Assembly: GCF_009914755.1 (NCBI RefSeq)
Contig: NC_060928.1
Strand: one strand, 5' to 3'
DNA length: 64,000 nucleotides
Source of the DNA: the human T2T-CHM13v2.0 reference genome, Homo sapiens
Shown: positions 13,125 through 30,033 of the stretch, piece by piece
How positions within the stretch are numbered: position 1 is the stretch's first letter
Layout: each line of letters begins with the position of its first letter
Notes under the pieces: generated by a model
The model's input: only the letters and a program-made list of their open reading frames with translations
What the model was told of the DNA's origin: nothing
Database searches by the model: none
Translations under genes and position numbers: made by a program

Positions 13125-15114
13125 AAATAGGTATATGTAAAGCCTGGAAAGACAACACAAAACATACATTCAGGAAATGGCTAGAAGTCCTTTATGACTG
13201 AGGAAGAGTTGATTAAGAACAGGAGACAAAAATAAAGATAGGCTTTGTGTAACAAACTAAAGGATTTGAATTTCATCCTCAAAGTAATAGGGTGCCATTT
13301 AATATCTTTAATCAGGGGAATGATGATGATCAAACAGATATCATTCATTGCAGATGAATAGAAGCTGAATCAGCCTATAGGCAGTTGGAATCCTATAACT
13401 ATAAAAATAATTTAAAAAAACTGGACTTGGGAAAAAAGGGGTAGTAATAAATATGAAAGCTATCAACATAGTTTAATAGACAGGTATTAGATACAGATTT
13501 AATATAGGAGAGAAGTCAAAAAGAAGTTGTTAATTTAAATCCCTAATTTTTCTTTTAAACATGTAGAGGCATAGGAATGAGATTCACAGGCAGAGGAAGA
13601 ACAAGTTTGTGGGAAAAGATGACGGTATCTTTTTGAGACAGGCTGAATTTGAACTACTTGAGGAATAGTCAAGCTGAGACACCCAGAAGTGGTATATATA
13701 AATTGTACATAAGGAGAGGATTCTGGAGTTGTCATGTGTCTGGTGAAGTTGAAACCATGGGTTTGGATAAAGTTTACAGAGACATATGTAGAATTAGTAT
13801 AGTAGAAAGCCAACTACAGCACCTTGGGAACACTTAATGGTTATGGTGTGAATGGAGAAAGGCAGCCAGCAAGAAGACTACTAAGAAACAGCCAGAAAAA
13901 TTGCGATAATAATAATAATAACAACAACAGTAATAATAATAGATGTGATCAAGACTTACAATTGTGAGAATTATAAAATGGCTAGGTTTTATTGCATATT
14001 TACTCTATGTACTTTACATTGGTTAAAGCATTCAGCCTCAGGGCTTAATTCCCGTATAAAATGAACTATTGTAATTCTCCATTTTATATCTCAGGAAATG
14101 GAGATACTGATAGTTAAATTAAACTTGTTGAGCCAGACACTGCTAATAACACTACATGTAAATAATTTAACTCTCACTACCATACTATCACCTCCTTTTA
14201 CATACATGATAATTGAGGCACAGACTATGGAACCAGTAAACATGCAGCTGTAGTATGGTTAAAACTTCTAAATGCTTAACCCTTATATTTCTGTTTTGTG
14301 AAATGGTGACAAAATGTGCTTTTACTTTCACCATGTAAATATGACTGGGAAATAACAAGAACCATTTCAATGGGGTGATAGTGGCAAGAACACAGGCTAT
14401 ACGCAATTGAAAATTTAAGTGAGAAGCGAATGTAGACAGCACCTTCAAGAGTAAACAGACAAAAACTGATGAAACAGAAGGTAATGATACATGTGGATTA
14501 AGAAAGAGTTTTTTATTCGGTTGTTTTTTGTTGGTTTGTTTAAGAGGAAAGTAGGGTGAGCTGAGAATTCCAACAGAAAGCTGGAATGATGATACAACCA
14601 AGAGATAGAAGGACTGATGGAATAAAGTCCCAAGGAAGGTTGGGAGAAATGGGATATGAAACGCAGGGAATCATTTACCACACAAAAACAAACCAAAATA
14701 AAAGACCTCATTAGCTGATATCTGCTTAGATGCTAAAGACAACAGGAAGACTTTCTGGAATATGTTCAGCAGGTCCAAGCATTTCCCTTTGCTTCTCTGA
14801 AAGAAATGTAACTGAGGCAAAGACCATCTGGCACAACTCCTCTCTGGGCTCTGTTTGCATTGCTCCTGAAAGGATCTGAGGCCTGAGTAAAAGCTGGCTC
14901 TGTTCCTGAGTTGTCCTTGGAATTCAAGTGGTTCCAAAGATGCTAGAATAAAATTTATTTTTAAATCCACCACACAATGGGCACTAAATTTCTTTATTTC
15001 CTTTTCAACTAAATTAGAAACCCTGGGAATGACCTACAGGCCAGTGAGTTTCTCTGAGGTTTCTAATCCACAACAGAATTTCTGAGCTGACCACAAGAAT
15101 AGTCTTAGAAATAC

Positions 15115-17690
<2,576 letters not shown>

Positions 17691-19601
17691 AATACATATA
17701 TGGCTCTTTGTGACTTTGAAATCTAAAGCGATTGTAGGATTATAGACTTGAAATATCAGATAATATGAAAGACAATCACCAGATATATTCTTGCTTCTTT
17801 CAAACACAATTCAGTTTCTTCTAAACTACTTCTAAAAATGAAGATGCTAGGCACTTTGGTCACTTACTAATAAAAAGTTATTGCTTAAAAATTTTGCTAC
17901 AAATTTATAACCATTTGATTAAATACAATGTTGAATTTAGCACAGGTTCAGAATTAAACATGGCAAAAATAATAGTTAATAAAGCCTATGTTGATCTTTT
18001 CACATTGATAATAATTTAATTTTCATATGTAATATAATTGTAATGCCTTCATTTTCCCACAATTCCCACAATACCGAACAACTGACAAATAGATACAAAA
18101 AGGAAATTGATAGAAACATTCATGCTATGTACATGCAGTTTGCCTTCAGAAGCTTAGTACTAAGGAATAATATGCTTATCTTATCCTGCTATATGACTTA
18201 CTTGTCTCTTGAATGGTTTCTATTCATCTGTATGTTACATGTCTACTGATAGGCCAAACAATTACCTTAACTGTGCTTCATGGCTGTCATGCCATTCTGG
18301 TACTTATCTATATTTCTACAGTCTGAGAAAAGTCTTATCACTTATCTCTTCAGATACTCCATTCAAGCGTATTTCTTAACCTTTCTTTATACTTCATGCA
18401 CCATCAAACTTTCTACTTTTACAATGGAGTTTAGACTAACATGAAGGCATCACTATTTTTTTTTTTTCCTGCAATCTCCAGTACTCACTTCCTTAAAATG
18501 GTTGGTAGCTTTATGAACTAACATTTCTTGTAAGACCTATCATTGTCAACTTAGACATCTTGTTTTTTAAGTGAAGAATTTATTAGAGAAATAGCAGTTT
18601 CAGGTAATAATAAACAATAAAAATCTATTGTAAGATCTGTTCATTCAGGAATAATAAGTAATGTAGTGTCTATTTAAATATTAAAAGTTTTTATCTCTGT
18701 GAAAAATATAGAACTTACTTTATTTTATATTCCAATATAGCTTCCTCAAGATAAAATAACTCAATTTCACATGGAAGCCAAATAACAGGAACAGAAATGA
18801 AAGCATATTTATTGTACAATAGTTACATCGCCCTTGATGAATAATGTTGCAAGTTCATGAAGCAGTGTTAATTTTTCATGTCCATAAATAAAATGCTTTG
18901 TTAATTTAACAAAAATATACTAAATTATTTTTAAATTTTACAAATAGGATACATGAATGGCAACATGAAAGAGAGAAAAATGTGTATGTGTGTGTGTACG
19001 TGTGATAGGAGTAAAGTGAATAAAGTAAGAGAGGATTCAAAGCCTACTTAGAATGAGTACTAGGGTCTTAGAGCTGATAAATTACTTCACAAAAGAAAAT
19101 AAAACAATAACAAAAAATTACAAACCAATAAACAGGCAACAATTGATTCCAAGAATCAATGATCCCATCATAAAACAAATGATAATTTATCAATTTTATA
19201 ACCTAGATATCATACCTATTAAAGCTAGGTATTTCTGAGACCATTTTTTACAACCAGCAAAACATCTTGTTTTTACATTTATCACTGATATATGGGAGCT
19301 TTCATTTATAAAAGGCTGGGTTATCTGATGGGAAATTGAACCAGCATCTTAAATTTTCACTACTTGATGTTATGGCTCAATGTCATTCTAAATCAAATGT
19401 TTTATTACTTGACGGTTGCAAAGTAAAACTATCATTCCAACACCATGGCTTAAGTGACCTCACTTGTGCTCTTTTCTTGCTGGAATTTACTTACCCAAAT
19501 TAAGTAAAATAAACAGTTAATATTGAAGTATGTTTTTACTCCATGAATTTTAATATAAAGGTTTGATTTAAATGTCTTTTCAATTCCACAATTAATTTTG
19601 C

Positions 19602-20337
19602 CAACTATATTTGGAAATTTGGAGGTTCCCCAAAAAATGAAAAATAGAACTACCATATGATCCAGAAATCCCAGTGCTGGGTGTATATCCAAAAGAAAGG
19701 AAATCAGTACATCAAAGAAATACCTGTACTCTCATGTTTATTGCAACATTATTCATAATAGCCAAAACGTGGAAGCAATCTAATTGTTCATCAGTAGACA
19801 AATGGATAAAGACAATGTGGTACATAATTTTAAAATGTATGCACAATGGAGTATTATTTAGAAGTAAAATTAAATGAAATTCTGTCATTTGCAACAAAAG
19901 GGATGAAACTGAAGGACATTGTGATAAGTGAAGTAAGCTAGACACAGAAGGGCAAACTTCGCATGTTCTCATTTATTTGTGGGAGCTAAAAATTAAAACG
20001 ATTGAACTCATGAACACAGAGGGTAGAATTATGGTTACCAGGTGTTAGGAGGGGGTACTGGGTGGGGGTAGGGGGAAAGTGGGGATGCTTAATATATGAA
20101 GATATAGTTAGAGAGAATGAATAAGATCTAGTATTTGATAGCACAAGAGGGTGACTACAATAAACAATAATTTATTGTACATTTTAATAACCAAACAAGT
20201 ATAATTGGAATGTTTATAACACAAAGAAATGATTTACAAATGCTTGAGGTGATGGATATCCCATTTACCCTAATATGATTATTATATATTGTATGCCTGT
20301 ATCAAAATATCTCATGTACTCCATAAAAATATAAATA

Positions 20338-20388
<51 letters not shown>

Positions 20389-20430
20389 TACATACCTAAT
20401 ATGTACCCACAGAAATTAAAACTTAAAAAC
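19602..20430 (+). mobile_element. L1MA (L1MA1-3-like) 3' end
   Basis: gaactaccatatgatccagaaatccc...gaataagatctagtatttgatagcacaa...atgtacccacagaaattaaaa. Confidence 0.85.
20341..20392. repeat. (TA)n followed by (CA)n microsatellite
   Basis: Direct reading; lies in the L1MA 3'UTR. Confidence 0.95.
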
Positions 20431-20434
20431 TTAT

Positions 20435-23400
20435 AACACACTGTTAATCTTTCTCCCAATCTGCCCCATAAGGATCTACAGTCTTTGACCAGGGAAAATG
20501 TGTACTGAAGAAAAGGAAATAATCAGATGTTTTAGGGACTATAGAGACTGACTTTGAACTGTCAATAATTCCAGGAGACACCAAATGTTTCTGTGGTCCA
20601 CCACTCAGAGTACGGGCTTATGGAGGTCAGGTGATCAATGGAGTTTTAGCTCAAGTCCATTTCACAGTAGGCCCAGCAGTTCCCTGAACTCATCCTGTGT
20701 TTATTTCTGCAGTTCTGAATGCATAACTGGAATGGATATACTCAGCAGCTGATAGAATCCCTATATTGGTTTCATAACCTGAAAAGTAAGGTCTATTATG
20801 ATAGAAAAGGCCAGTGGAAGCCACTGGAACTGCCTTTACCTAGGAAAGTAGTATATCATAAGCAATTCTGCATTCCTGGAGGAATTGCAGAGATTAGTTT
20901 CACTATCAAGAACATGAAAGATGCAGAGGTGATAATTCTCACCACATCCCCATTTGAATAGACTATTTGGCCTGTGCAAAAGACAGAAGGATATTGGAGA
21001 ATGACAGTGGATTACCCTAAGCCTACACAGGTGGTGACTCAAATTGCAGCTGCTGTATCAGATGTGGTTTTATTGCTTGAGAAACAGCACAACCTCTTGT
21101 ACTTGTTATGCAGTTATTAATCTGTCAAATGCCTTTTACTTCATCCTTATCAATAAGGCCTATCTAAAGCAGTTTGTGTTTGGCTGGTAAGGCCAGCAAT
21201 GCTTTTGCACTACCCTGAGTCTCATGGCTATATCAACTCTCCAGCCCTATGTCCTAAATTAGTTTGCAGGAACCTTGATCACACTTCCCTTCTATAACTT
21301 ACCACATTAGTTTATTACATTAATGACATCATATTGATTAGATCTAATGAACTTATGGGTAAGACATTTGCAAATAAGATGGTACGGAGTAAATCCAACA
21401 AAAGTTCAGAGGCCTTCTACCTCAGTAAAATGTTTAGGGGCTAATGGTATTGGTCATGTCGAGATATATTTTCTAAGGTGAAGGATAAGTTGTTGCATCA
21501 ATGTATTCCTCACTGATGTGTGTTACTCCAGCACATTGACTTAATGACTTGAAAATCTACTGGTTTTGAGATTTTTTAGTAGGGTTCAGAACAGAAGAAG
21601 GCTCTGCAGTAAGTCCAGGCTACTGTGCAAGCTGCTGTGTCACTTGGGTTATATGATCTATCAAATCAATGGTGCTTGGAGTATCGATGGCAGAGGATGC
21701 TGCTTGGAGTTTTTGGCAGGCCCCTTTAAGTGATCACAGCAAAATCCCTTAGAATTTTGGAGCAATGCCTTGTCATCCTCCTTGGATAACTACTCTACTT
21801 TTGGAAAACATCTTTTGGCCTACTGGACCTTATTAGGTCTGAACACTTAACCATTTGCCACAAAGTTACCATGCAACCTGAGCATTGGCTTGTTGATCAT
21901 AGAGCTCCTAAAAGTAAAAGAGATAGATGGCTACTAAATTCTTACTTGGTGTGTATGAACAGTTCTAGGTTAAGTGAGCAAAGTCTAACCTGGATTATAA
22001 AAATAGAGAGTCAAGTCCTCACAATACATTTGAACTGGGTATTATCTGACCTGTCAAGTCATAAAGCTAGGCAATCCCAGCAGCGCTCCACTGGGGTCAA
22101 GCTGGTCCTAAAGGCATGGCAAGATATATGAAGAAGTGGCCCAAATGCCCACTGGCGTCACACCAATTACACAGTTTTTGTGTGTAATTGATATGAGGAC
22201 CATGGACATTTCTCTCCCAACCTGCACCTATGGCCTCATTAGAAAATATCTATGATCATCAAACAGAGAGAAAGAAGACTCATGCCAGGTTTACAGATGG
22301 TTCTGTGTGAAATGCAGGCAAGACCTGGTAAAATTCAGGTGCAGCACTATAGGCTCTTTTGGGATATCCTTAAAAGATAGTGGTGAAGAGAAATCTTTCC
22401 AACTGGCAGAACTTCAAACATTTCATCTAGTTGTTCATTTTGTTTGGAAGGAGAAATGGCCAATTATGCAGTAATATACTAATTCATGGTCTGTGGCCAA
22501 TGGTGTTTGTTTGGATGGTCAGGCACTTGGAGGAAAAATAATTGAAAAATTGGTAACAAATTTTGGGAAGAAGTACGTGCATAATTCTGTCTTAAAGGGC
22601 AAAATATATGAACATATTTGTATTCCATATGAACGTTCACTAAAGGGTGACCTCAGCAGAGGAGGATTTTAATAACCAAGTAGATAGTACTAATTGTTCT
22701 ATGAATACTAGCTCTTTCTCAGTCTACTGCTGTCACTGTCCAATGGGCTCATGAACAAAGTGGCCATGGTGGCAGGAATAAATGTTATCCACGGGCTCAG
22801 CAATATGGACTCCTACTTACGAAGGCCTACCTGGTTATGGCCACCACTGATGCACAGTCTGCCAGAAGCAGAGACCAACATTGATTTCCTGATATGGTAT
22901 CATTCCCTAAGGTAATCAGTCTGCTGCTTGCTGGTATGTTGATTACATTGGACCACTTCTAGCATGGAAGGAGCAGCATTTTGTTCTTACTGAAATAGAC
23001 ATTCTGGATATGGATTTGCCTTCCCTCCGTGCAATGCTTCTGCCAAAACTACCATCCGTGAACTTTTAGAATGCCTTATTTATAGTCATGTTAATCCATC
23101 AATTATTGCTTCCAATTAAGGCAGTCACTTCATAGCAAATAAAGTGCAGTAATGGGATTTTCGTGGAATTCATTGGTCTTACCATGTTCTGCATTAACCC
23201 AAAGCAGCTGCTTTGATAGATTAGTGGAAAGGCATTTTAAAAACTCAGTTACAGCACCAAGTAGGTGGCAATTCTTTGCAGCTAGGGCAAGGTTCTTCAG
23301 AAGCCTGTATATAATCTGAATCATTGTCCAGTATACGGTACTGCTTATCCCATAGACAGAATTCATGGGTCCAGAAATCCAGAAGAGGAAGTAGGAATGA

Positions 23401-23990
23401 CATCACTCAGTATTACTCCTAATGGCTCATTAGCAAAATGCTTGCTCTCTGTTCCTATAATTTTATGTGTTGCTGATCTAAAGGTTTTATCTCCAAATGG
23501 AGAAATACTTCCAACAGAAGACCCAACAATGATTCCACTGAATTAGCAATGAAGACTGCCACTTGACCACTTTGGCTTTCTAATGCCTCTGATTTAACAG
23601 GGAAAGAAGGGAGTTACTATGTTGGCTGTGGTGATTGATCCTATTGGGGGATATTGGATAGTACTCCACAATGGAGGAAAGGGATAATATGTATGCAATA
23701 CAGGAGATACCTTAGGGCATCTTGTAGTATTACCATGCCCTGTGATTATCAATGGAAAAGTACAACAACCCAATCCAGGCAAGACTGCTAATGACTCCGA
23801 CCCTTCCAGAATGAAGGTGTGGGTCATCCCACCAGGTAAAGAAGTATGACCCCCTGAGGTGCTTGCTGAAGGCAAAAAGAATATAGAATGGGCAGTAGAA
23901 GAAGGTAGTGATAAATACCAGCTATGACCATGTGACCAGTTGTAGAAAAAGAACTGTAATAATCATACTTCCTCCTTGTTTTGTTTTGAG
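20435..23990 (+). mobile_element. ERV-L (HERV-L/ERVL-B4-like) internal region: decayed protease, RT, RNase H, integrase and dUTPase
   Basis: WRMTVDY codons at 20995; YIND (from YIDD) at 21316; FTDGS at 22290; HEQSGH at 22750; DYIGP at 22941; dUTPase-like TMIPLN..RLP..HFG at ~23525; many stops and frameshifts. Confidence 0.88.
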
Positions 23991-23995
23991 TGTTC

Positions 23996-23999
23996 ATGT

Positions 24000-24030
<31 letters not shown>
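23996..24030. repeat. (TG)n microsatellite
   Basis: Direct reading. Confidence 0.95.
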
Positions 24031-24031
<1 letters not shown>

Positions 24032-26657
24032 ATTCAAATTAGGAAAGAGTTTTTCTATAACGAAATCTAGGAATTTGTAGTGCTGTTAAGATAAATTGTA
24101 TTGTTCAATTAGTTACTTGATTTTCAATTACAAAATGGTTTCAATTACAACTAAGTCATTCAAACAGAATGCACATTTAAAAGTTGTCAAATATTTTCTA
24201 AGTATTATTAGGAAAGAACACACTGTTTAATAAAGCAAATTGACTTTTTAGAACTTCAACATACTATTACAAAAACTCACAGATGGATTGCTAAGGATTC
24301 TCTTTAATTATACTTTGGGGTTCCACAGAATTCAAATACATTTCATAGAAATTTTTATTCAATATATGCATTTCCTGTTTTTGTTTTATCCACCAAACAC
24401 ATTACCCAAATAAAAAAGCCACATTACAGATATTATTTCTTCATAAAACATTGCTACATAGAATACTATTTTATCCAGATCACTGCTTTATGCCATTCCT
24501 TGTTTCTCTAAACCTACTCAGATTTCAAATATCATCTTCTGCCACCTGGCAGGAGATTCTTAGACACCTTGAAGGTCATTTTGGGAAACACCAGATATAA
24601 ACTTGCTTTTCCTTTGCCATAGAATTCACTATCTTGAAAACCATTTTATTTTATAAAGGAATATATATTAAAACATTCAGATGATAAGAGATCAATCCAG
24701 TGTTACAATGTGCTAGGTATATTATAAAATGTCTCAGTTATTTAGGAACAAAAAGGCAATCATTAATAAAAATGTCATCCAGAAGAGTGAATTTTACTTT
24801 TGGAGTAGAGGTAATCCATAATTGGATCATATGCTGCCCAGTGCCCAACCACATAGCCTGCTCCTGATTGTTTACATGCAGAGGATAGTAGAGAAAGTAT
24901 ATCTGGTTAGAACAATTAGATATTCTTTTGTAAAAAAAAATTGAGAAGACAAATTTAATACATATTGACTATATTAATAAGGGTATGATGTTATGATTTA
25001 TTAATATGGCATGTATATGTTAATATGGATATATGTGATTGAACCACAACAAACATCTCTCTTAAAATCTAGCTTTTTTTTGTAAGTCAAAATGCTGTTG
25101 AAGCATGCATGTACCACTAAAGGCTACTGCAGCCAAAATATTTTAAATTTATAATTATAAATGAAATGAAGCTACTAATAATTTATACTCAAAAGTACAA
25201 ATGAAAGCCATTGAGAACAAAAAACAAATTCACTCTGAATGTACTAATTTCCAAGTGTCCTTAAACCACATTACAAACTAGTCATTGACTAGTATAACAT
25301 ATAGCAGACAGATTTCTTAGTAGAATAGAGTTAAAATTCTCAGTACAAAATGGAAATATCTTAATTTTAGTTTTGTTTACAAAATCTCTTTTTCCACATA
25401 AACAATATGGAGCTGATTTAAAAATTCTTAATAATATGTATTTTAATATTGATTGTGTGTTTTCTTTGCAAACAATCTTACCTCTATTATATTGACTTTA
25501 AATCATTTGTTCACCAATAGAGTAAAAATGATGGAAATCAATTAAGTTATACAGAGTGCTTCTATAACTATTATATTCAAATAAGTGATTTTTATCAGGG
25601 ATTGCAGGATAGACTGTAGATCCTCCATTGTCAAGGACCTTGGGCAGAGTTTTACATGACTACCAGGAACCATATTTAAGCTGCATATGTGATACATGTA
25701 CATTATTTTGTGTTTTTCTAAGATTTCAAAATTTAGAATATTGATAATATAATCATGGGGCTAAGCACTTCTAAAATTATTATTAGAATTATTATACATG
25801 CTTGGTAAAAATATATTAATATCAATACAATAAAAAATGCAAGTTACCAGGACATGAAAATTTCAATCTCCCAAAACTTATCTTTCATTTCAGAAAATTG
25901 CATCAAAGCTACATTTATTGCAAAATATAATTTTCTTGGTGAGAATGCAAATGCTAATTTTTATAGGTAATAATTATCTTGGAGACAACATTCCTTCCAC
26001 TACTTCTTTATAGCTCTCTCATTATCAAATCATCTATATTTCTTCTTTTTATAATTCTAAATTTTCATTTAACCAGCCTAATTCTTGTTCTCACTCACCA
26101 TTCCTTCTGGATACTACATTAACTGGTTTTTATTTAACTAATATAATACTTGGCTTTTACTTAATGTGTTTTAATACATATTGTAAACATGTTATGGCAA
26201 GTATATAATCTGAGCATATTGCCTACTTTGTTCAATGGGCTTCTTTAGTGTCCCCCCAAAACAAAATATACTATTATAAAAAACAAGTTTAAACTCCATA
26301 AAGACACAAGTTCCTCTAAACAAGGTGTATGTATTTAAGTGAAGTTAAAGCAGGTGACCTGATATATTTTCTGTCTTCATCCAGGACATACCCCAAAGAA
26401 AGAAAAGATGCCAGGTGACCCAGCCTAATCTTTTCATCATCTGGTTCTTTGGGTAAATCAACTGATTAGACTTGCCATAAGGAAGAGACCTGATCTCTAA
26501 AATGCCCGGAGAATAATGCCCTGGCAGCAGATTCTTATTTTAAATAGAACTCAGTATGTACGAGGCCTAGCCTCCTGGAGAATGTCATGAAACTTATGAA
26601 GTCGTCGGGGCATAAAATGTAAAAGTTTTATAATTTAAATTCATCCCACTGTGTTAG

Positions 26658-26998
26658 TGCCCTGGTTTCAATGGCCCCTCAAAAACCCATGTTGCAATTT
26701 AATTACCATTGTAATGGAATAAAGGATTGGGACCCCTAAGAGGTGATCAGGGCATAAGGGCTCTGCCCTCAACAAATGAATAATGCTAGTATTGGGGGAA
26801 TGAGTTGCAGATAAAAGGATAAAGTTGGGCTAGCTTCCCAGTCTGTCTCACAAACTCAATTGTGCTTTTGCCTTCTGCTACGGGATGATGCAGCACAAAG
26901 GCCCTCACCTCCAGAATCATGAGCCAAATAAATTTCTGTATATTACAAATTAGCCAGTCTGTGTTATTGTGTTGTAGCAACACAAGTCAGACTAAAAA
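26658..26998 (+). mobile_element. MST (MSTC-like) 5' LTR
   Basis: tgccctggtttcaatggcccctcaaaaacccatgttg...aataaatttctg...cagactaa; similar to 31817-32187. Confidence 0.85.
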
Positions 26999-28206
26999 AA
27001 ATTGATACCGAAGAGTGGGATTATTGCCATAACAGCCTGAAAATGTAGATGCGCTGTTGGAATTGGGTAACGGATACAGGTTAGAAGAATTTGAAGAAGT
27101 AACTTAGAAAAAAGCCTGGATTGCCATTAATGCAGCATTAAGTGCAATTCTGGCGATGGCTCAGAAGAAGATCCTAGAACTAGGAAGAGCCTAAAACTTC
27201 TTAGGTATTACCTAAGTGATCATAGTCAGAATGTTGTCAGAAAGATGGACTGTGAAGTCCAATCAAAGTCTAAGATGGAACCAAAGAACAAAGTATTGGA
27301 AACTGGAGTAAAAGACATCCTTGTTATATAGTTGCGGATAATTTGGGTTAATTGTATCGAAGTCCAAAGGCTTCATAAAAGGCAGAATTTAAGAGTGATG
27401 AACTAGGATATCTGGTGGAAGAAATTTCTAAGCAAAATATTTAAGAGGCTGCATGGCTACTTTAAATCACACATAGGAAAAACCCTTTTAGATATTGGTT
27501 TAGGCAAGGATTTCATGACCAAGAACCCAAAAGCAAATGCAGTAAAAACAAAGATAAATAGCTGGGGCTTAATTAAACTAAAGAACTTTTGCATGGCAGG
27601 AGGAACAGTCAGCAGAGTAAATTGACAACCCACAGAGTGGGAGAAAATCTTCACAGTCTATACATCTATACATCTGAAAAAGGACTAATATCCAGAATTT
27701 ACAATGAAGTCAAACAAATTAGCAAGAAAAAAACAAAAAATCCCTTAAAAAGTGGACTAAGGACATGAATAGACAGTTCCCAAAAGAAGATATACAAATG
27801 GCCAACATCGTATGAAAAAATGCTCATCTCCACTAATGATCAGGGAAATGCAAATCAAAACCACAATATGATACCACCTTACTCCTGCAAGAATGGCCAT
27901 AATCAAAAAGTCAAAAAACAGTAGATATTGGCATGGACGCGGTGAACGGGGAACACTTCTACACTGCTGGTGTCAATGTAAACTAGTACAACCACTATGG
28001 AAAACAATGTGGAGATTCCTTAAAGAACTAAAAGCAAAACTACCATGATCCAGCAATCCCACTATTGGGTATTTACCCAGAGGAAAAGAAGTCATTATAC
28101 AAAAAAAGATATTGCATACACATGTTTATAGCAGCACAATTCGCAGTTGCAAATGTTGAACCAATCTAAATGCCCATCAATCAGTGAGTGAATAAAGAAA
28201 CTGTGG

Positions 28207-29562
28207 TATATATATTCCATATATATATATATTCCACATATATATATTCCACATATATATATTCCACATATATATATTCCACATGTGTATTCCACATATA
28301 CATATTCCATATATATATTCCACATATACATATTCCACATATACATATTCCATATATACATATTCCATATATACATTCCATATATATATTCCATATATAT
28401 ACATTCCATATAAATACATTCCACATACATTCCATATATACACACATTCCACATATACACATTCCATATGTACACACGTTCCACATATACACATTCCATA
28501 TATACACACGTTCCACATATACACATTCCATATATACACACGTTCCACATATACACATTCCATATATACACACGTTACACATATACACATTCCATATATA
28601 CACACGTTCCACATATACACATTCCATATATACACACGTTCCACATATACACATTCCATATATACACACGTTCCACATATACACATTCCATATATATACA
28701 CGTTCCACATCTATACACATTCCATATATATACGTTCCACATCTATACACATTCCATATATATACCTCCCACATCTATACACATTCCATATATATACCTT
28801 CCACATCTATACACATTCCATATATATACCTTCCACATCTATACACATTCCATATATATACGTTCCACAGCTATACACATTCCATATATATACGTTCCAC
28901 AGCTATACACATTCCATATATATATGTTCCACATCTATACACATTCCATATATATAGTTCCACATCTATGCACATTCCATATATATGTTCCATATCTCTA
29001 TATATTCCATATATATGTTCCATATCTCTATGTTCCATATCTCTATGTTCCATATCTCTATGTTCCATATATACATTCCACGTCTATACACGTTCCATAT
29101 ATACACGTTCCACGTCTATACACGTTCCATATATATATACGTTCCACGTCTATGCACGTTCCATATATATACACGTTCCACGTCTATGCACGTTCCATAT
29201 ATATACACGTTCCACGTCTATGCACGTTCCATATATATATACGTTCCACGTCTATGCACGTTCCATATATATAAGTTCCACGTCTATGCACGTTCCACAT
29301 ATATATATGTTCCACATACATATGTGTTCCACATACATATGTGTTCCACGTACATATGTGTTCCATGTACATATGTGTTCCATATACATATGTGTTCCAT
29401 ATATATGTGTTCCATATATATGTGTTCCATATATATATGTGTTCCATATATGTGTTCCATATATATGTGTTCCATATATATGTGTTCCATATATATGTGT
29501 TCCATATATATGTGTTCCATATATATGTTCCATATATATATATGTTCCATATATATATATAT
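28207..29562. repeat. Complex TA/CA-rich minisatellite with TTCCA core (13-34-nt units)
   Basis: Direct reading; occupies the tatatata site of the L1 between ctgtgg and atggaatac. Confidence 0.97.
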
Positions 29563-29674
29563 GTGATGGAATACTTCTCAGACGTAAAAATGAATGAATT
29601 AATGGCATTCGCAGCAACGTGGATGAGACTGGAGACTTATTCTAAGTGAAATAACTCAGGAATGGTAAACCAAA

Positions 29675-30033
29675 TGAAATGGTTTGGCTATGTCCCCACC
29701 CGAATCTCATCTTGAATTGTATCTCCCACAATTCCCACATATCATGGGAGGAACCCAGTGGGAGGTGATTGAATTATGAGGGCGGGTCTTTCCTGTGCTG
29801 GTCTCATGATCGTGAATGAGTGCCACAAGATCTGATGGCTTTAAAAATAGGAATTTCCCTGCACAAGCTCTCTTTGCCTGCTGCCATCCATGTAGGACAT
29901 GACTTGCTCCTTCTTGCCTTCTGCCATGATTTTGAGGCCCCCTCAGCCACGTAGAACTGAAAGACCATTAAACTTATTTTTCTCCCCAGCTTCGGGTATG
30001 TTTTTATCAGCAGCATGAAAACAGACTGATACG
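29675..30033 (+). mobile_element. THE1A-like solo LTR nested in L1PB1
   Basis: tgaaatggtttggctatgtcccc...cagactgatacg; perfect TSD ccaaa (29670-29674/30034-30038). Confidence 0.93.

Larger units (their letters stand above)
12130..14700 (-). mobile_element. L2 relic(s), interrupted by an Alu and a MIR
   Basis: Antisense L2 3' end (attcattgtttgctaaatatttttgagtg...ccaggcactgg) and purine-rich internal L2 motifs at ~13230, ~13640 and ~14370; boundaries approximate. Confidence 0.6.

Noticed and set aside
20719-23875. Domesticated retroviral gene
   Set aside because: The ERV-L frames contain many stops and frameshifts, and the catalytic YIDD reads YIND.
28207-29562. CRISPR-like or satellite II/III (ATTCC) array
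   Set aside because: There are no unique spacers or cas genes; the spacers are TA/CA dinucleotide runs embedded in an L1, not (ATTCC)n.
28095-29649. Long ORFs (up to 469 aa) rich in H/I/Y/T/C on both strands
   Set aside because: They are translations of the TTCCA minisatellite, whose units rarely contain stop codons; there is no sign of a real gene.
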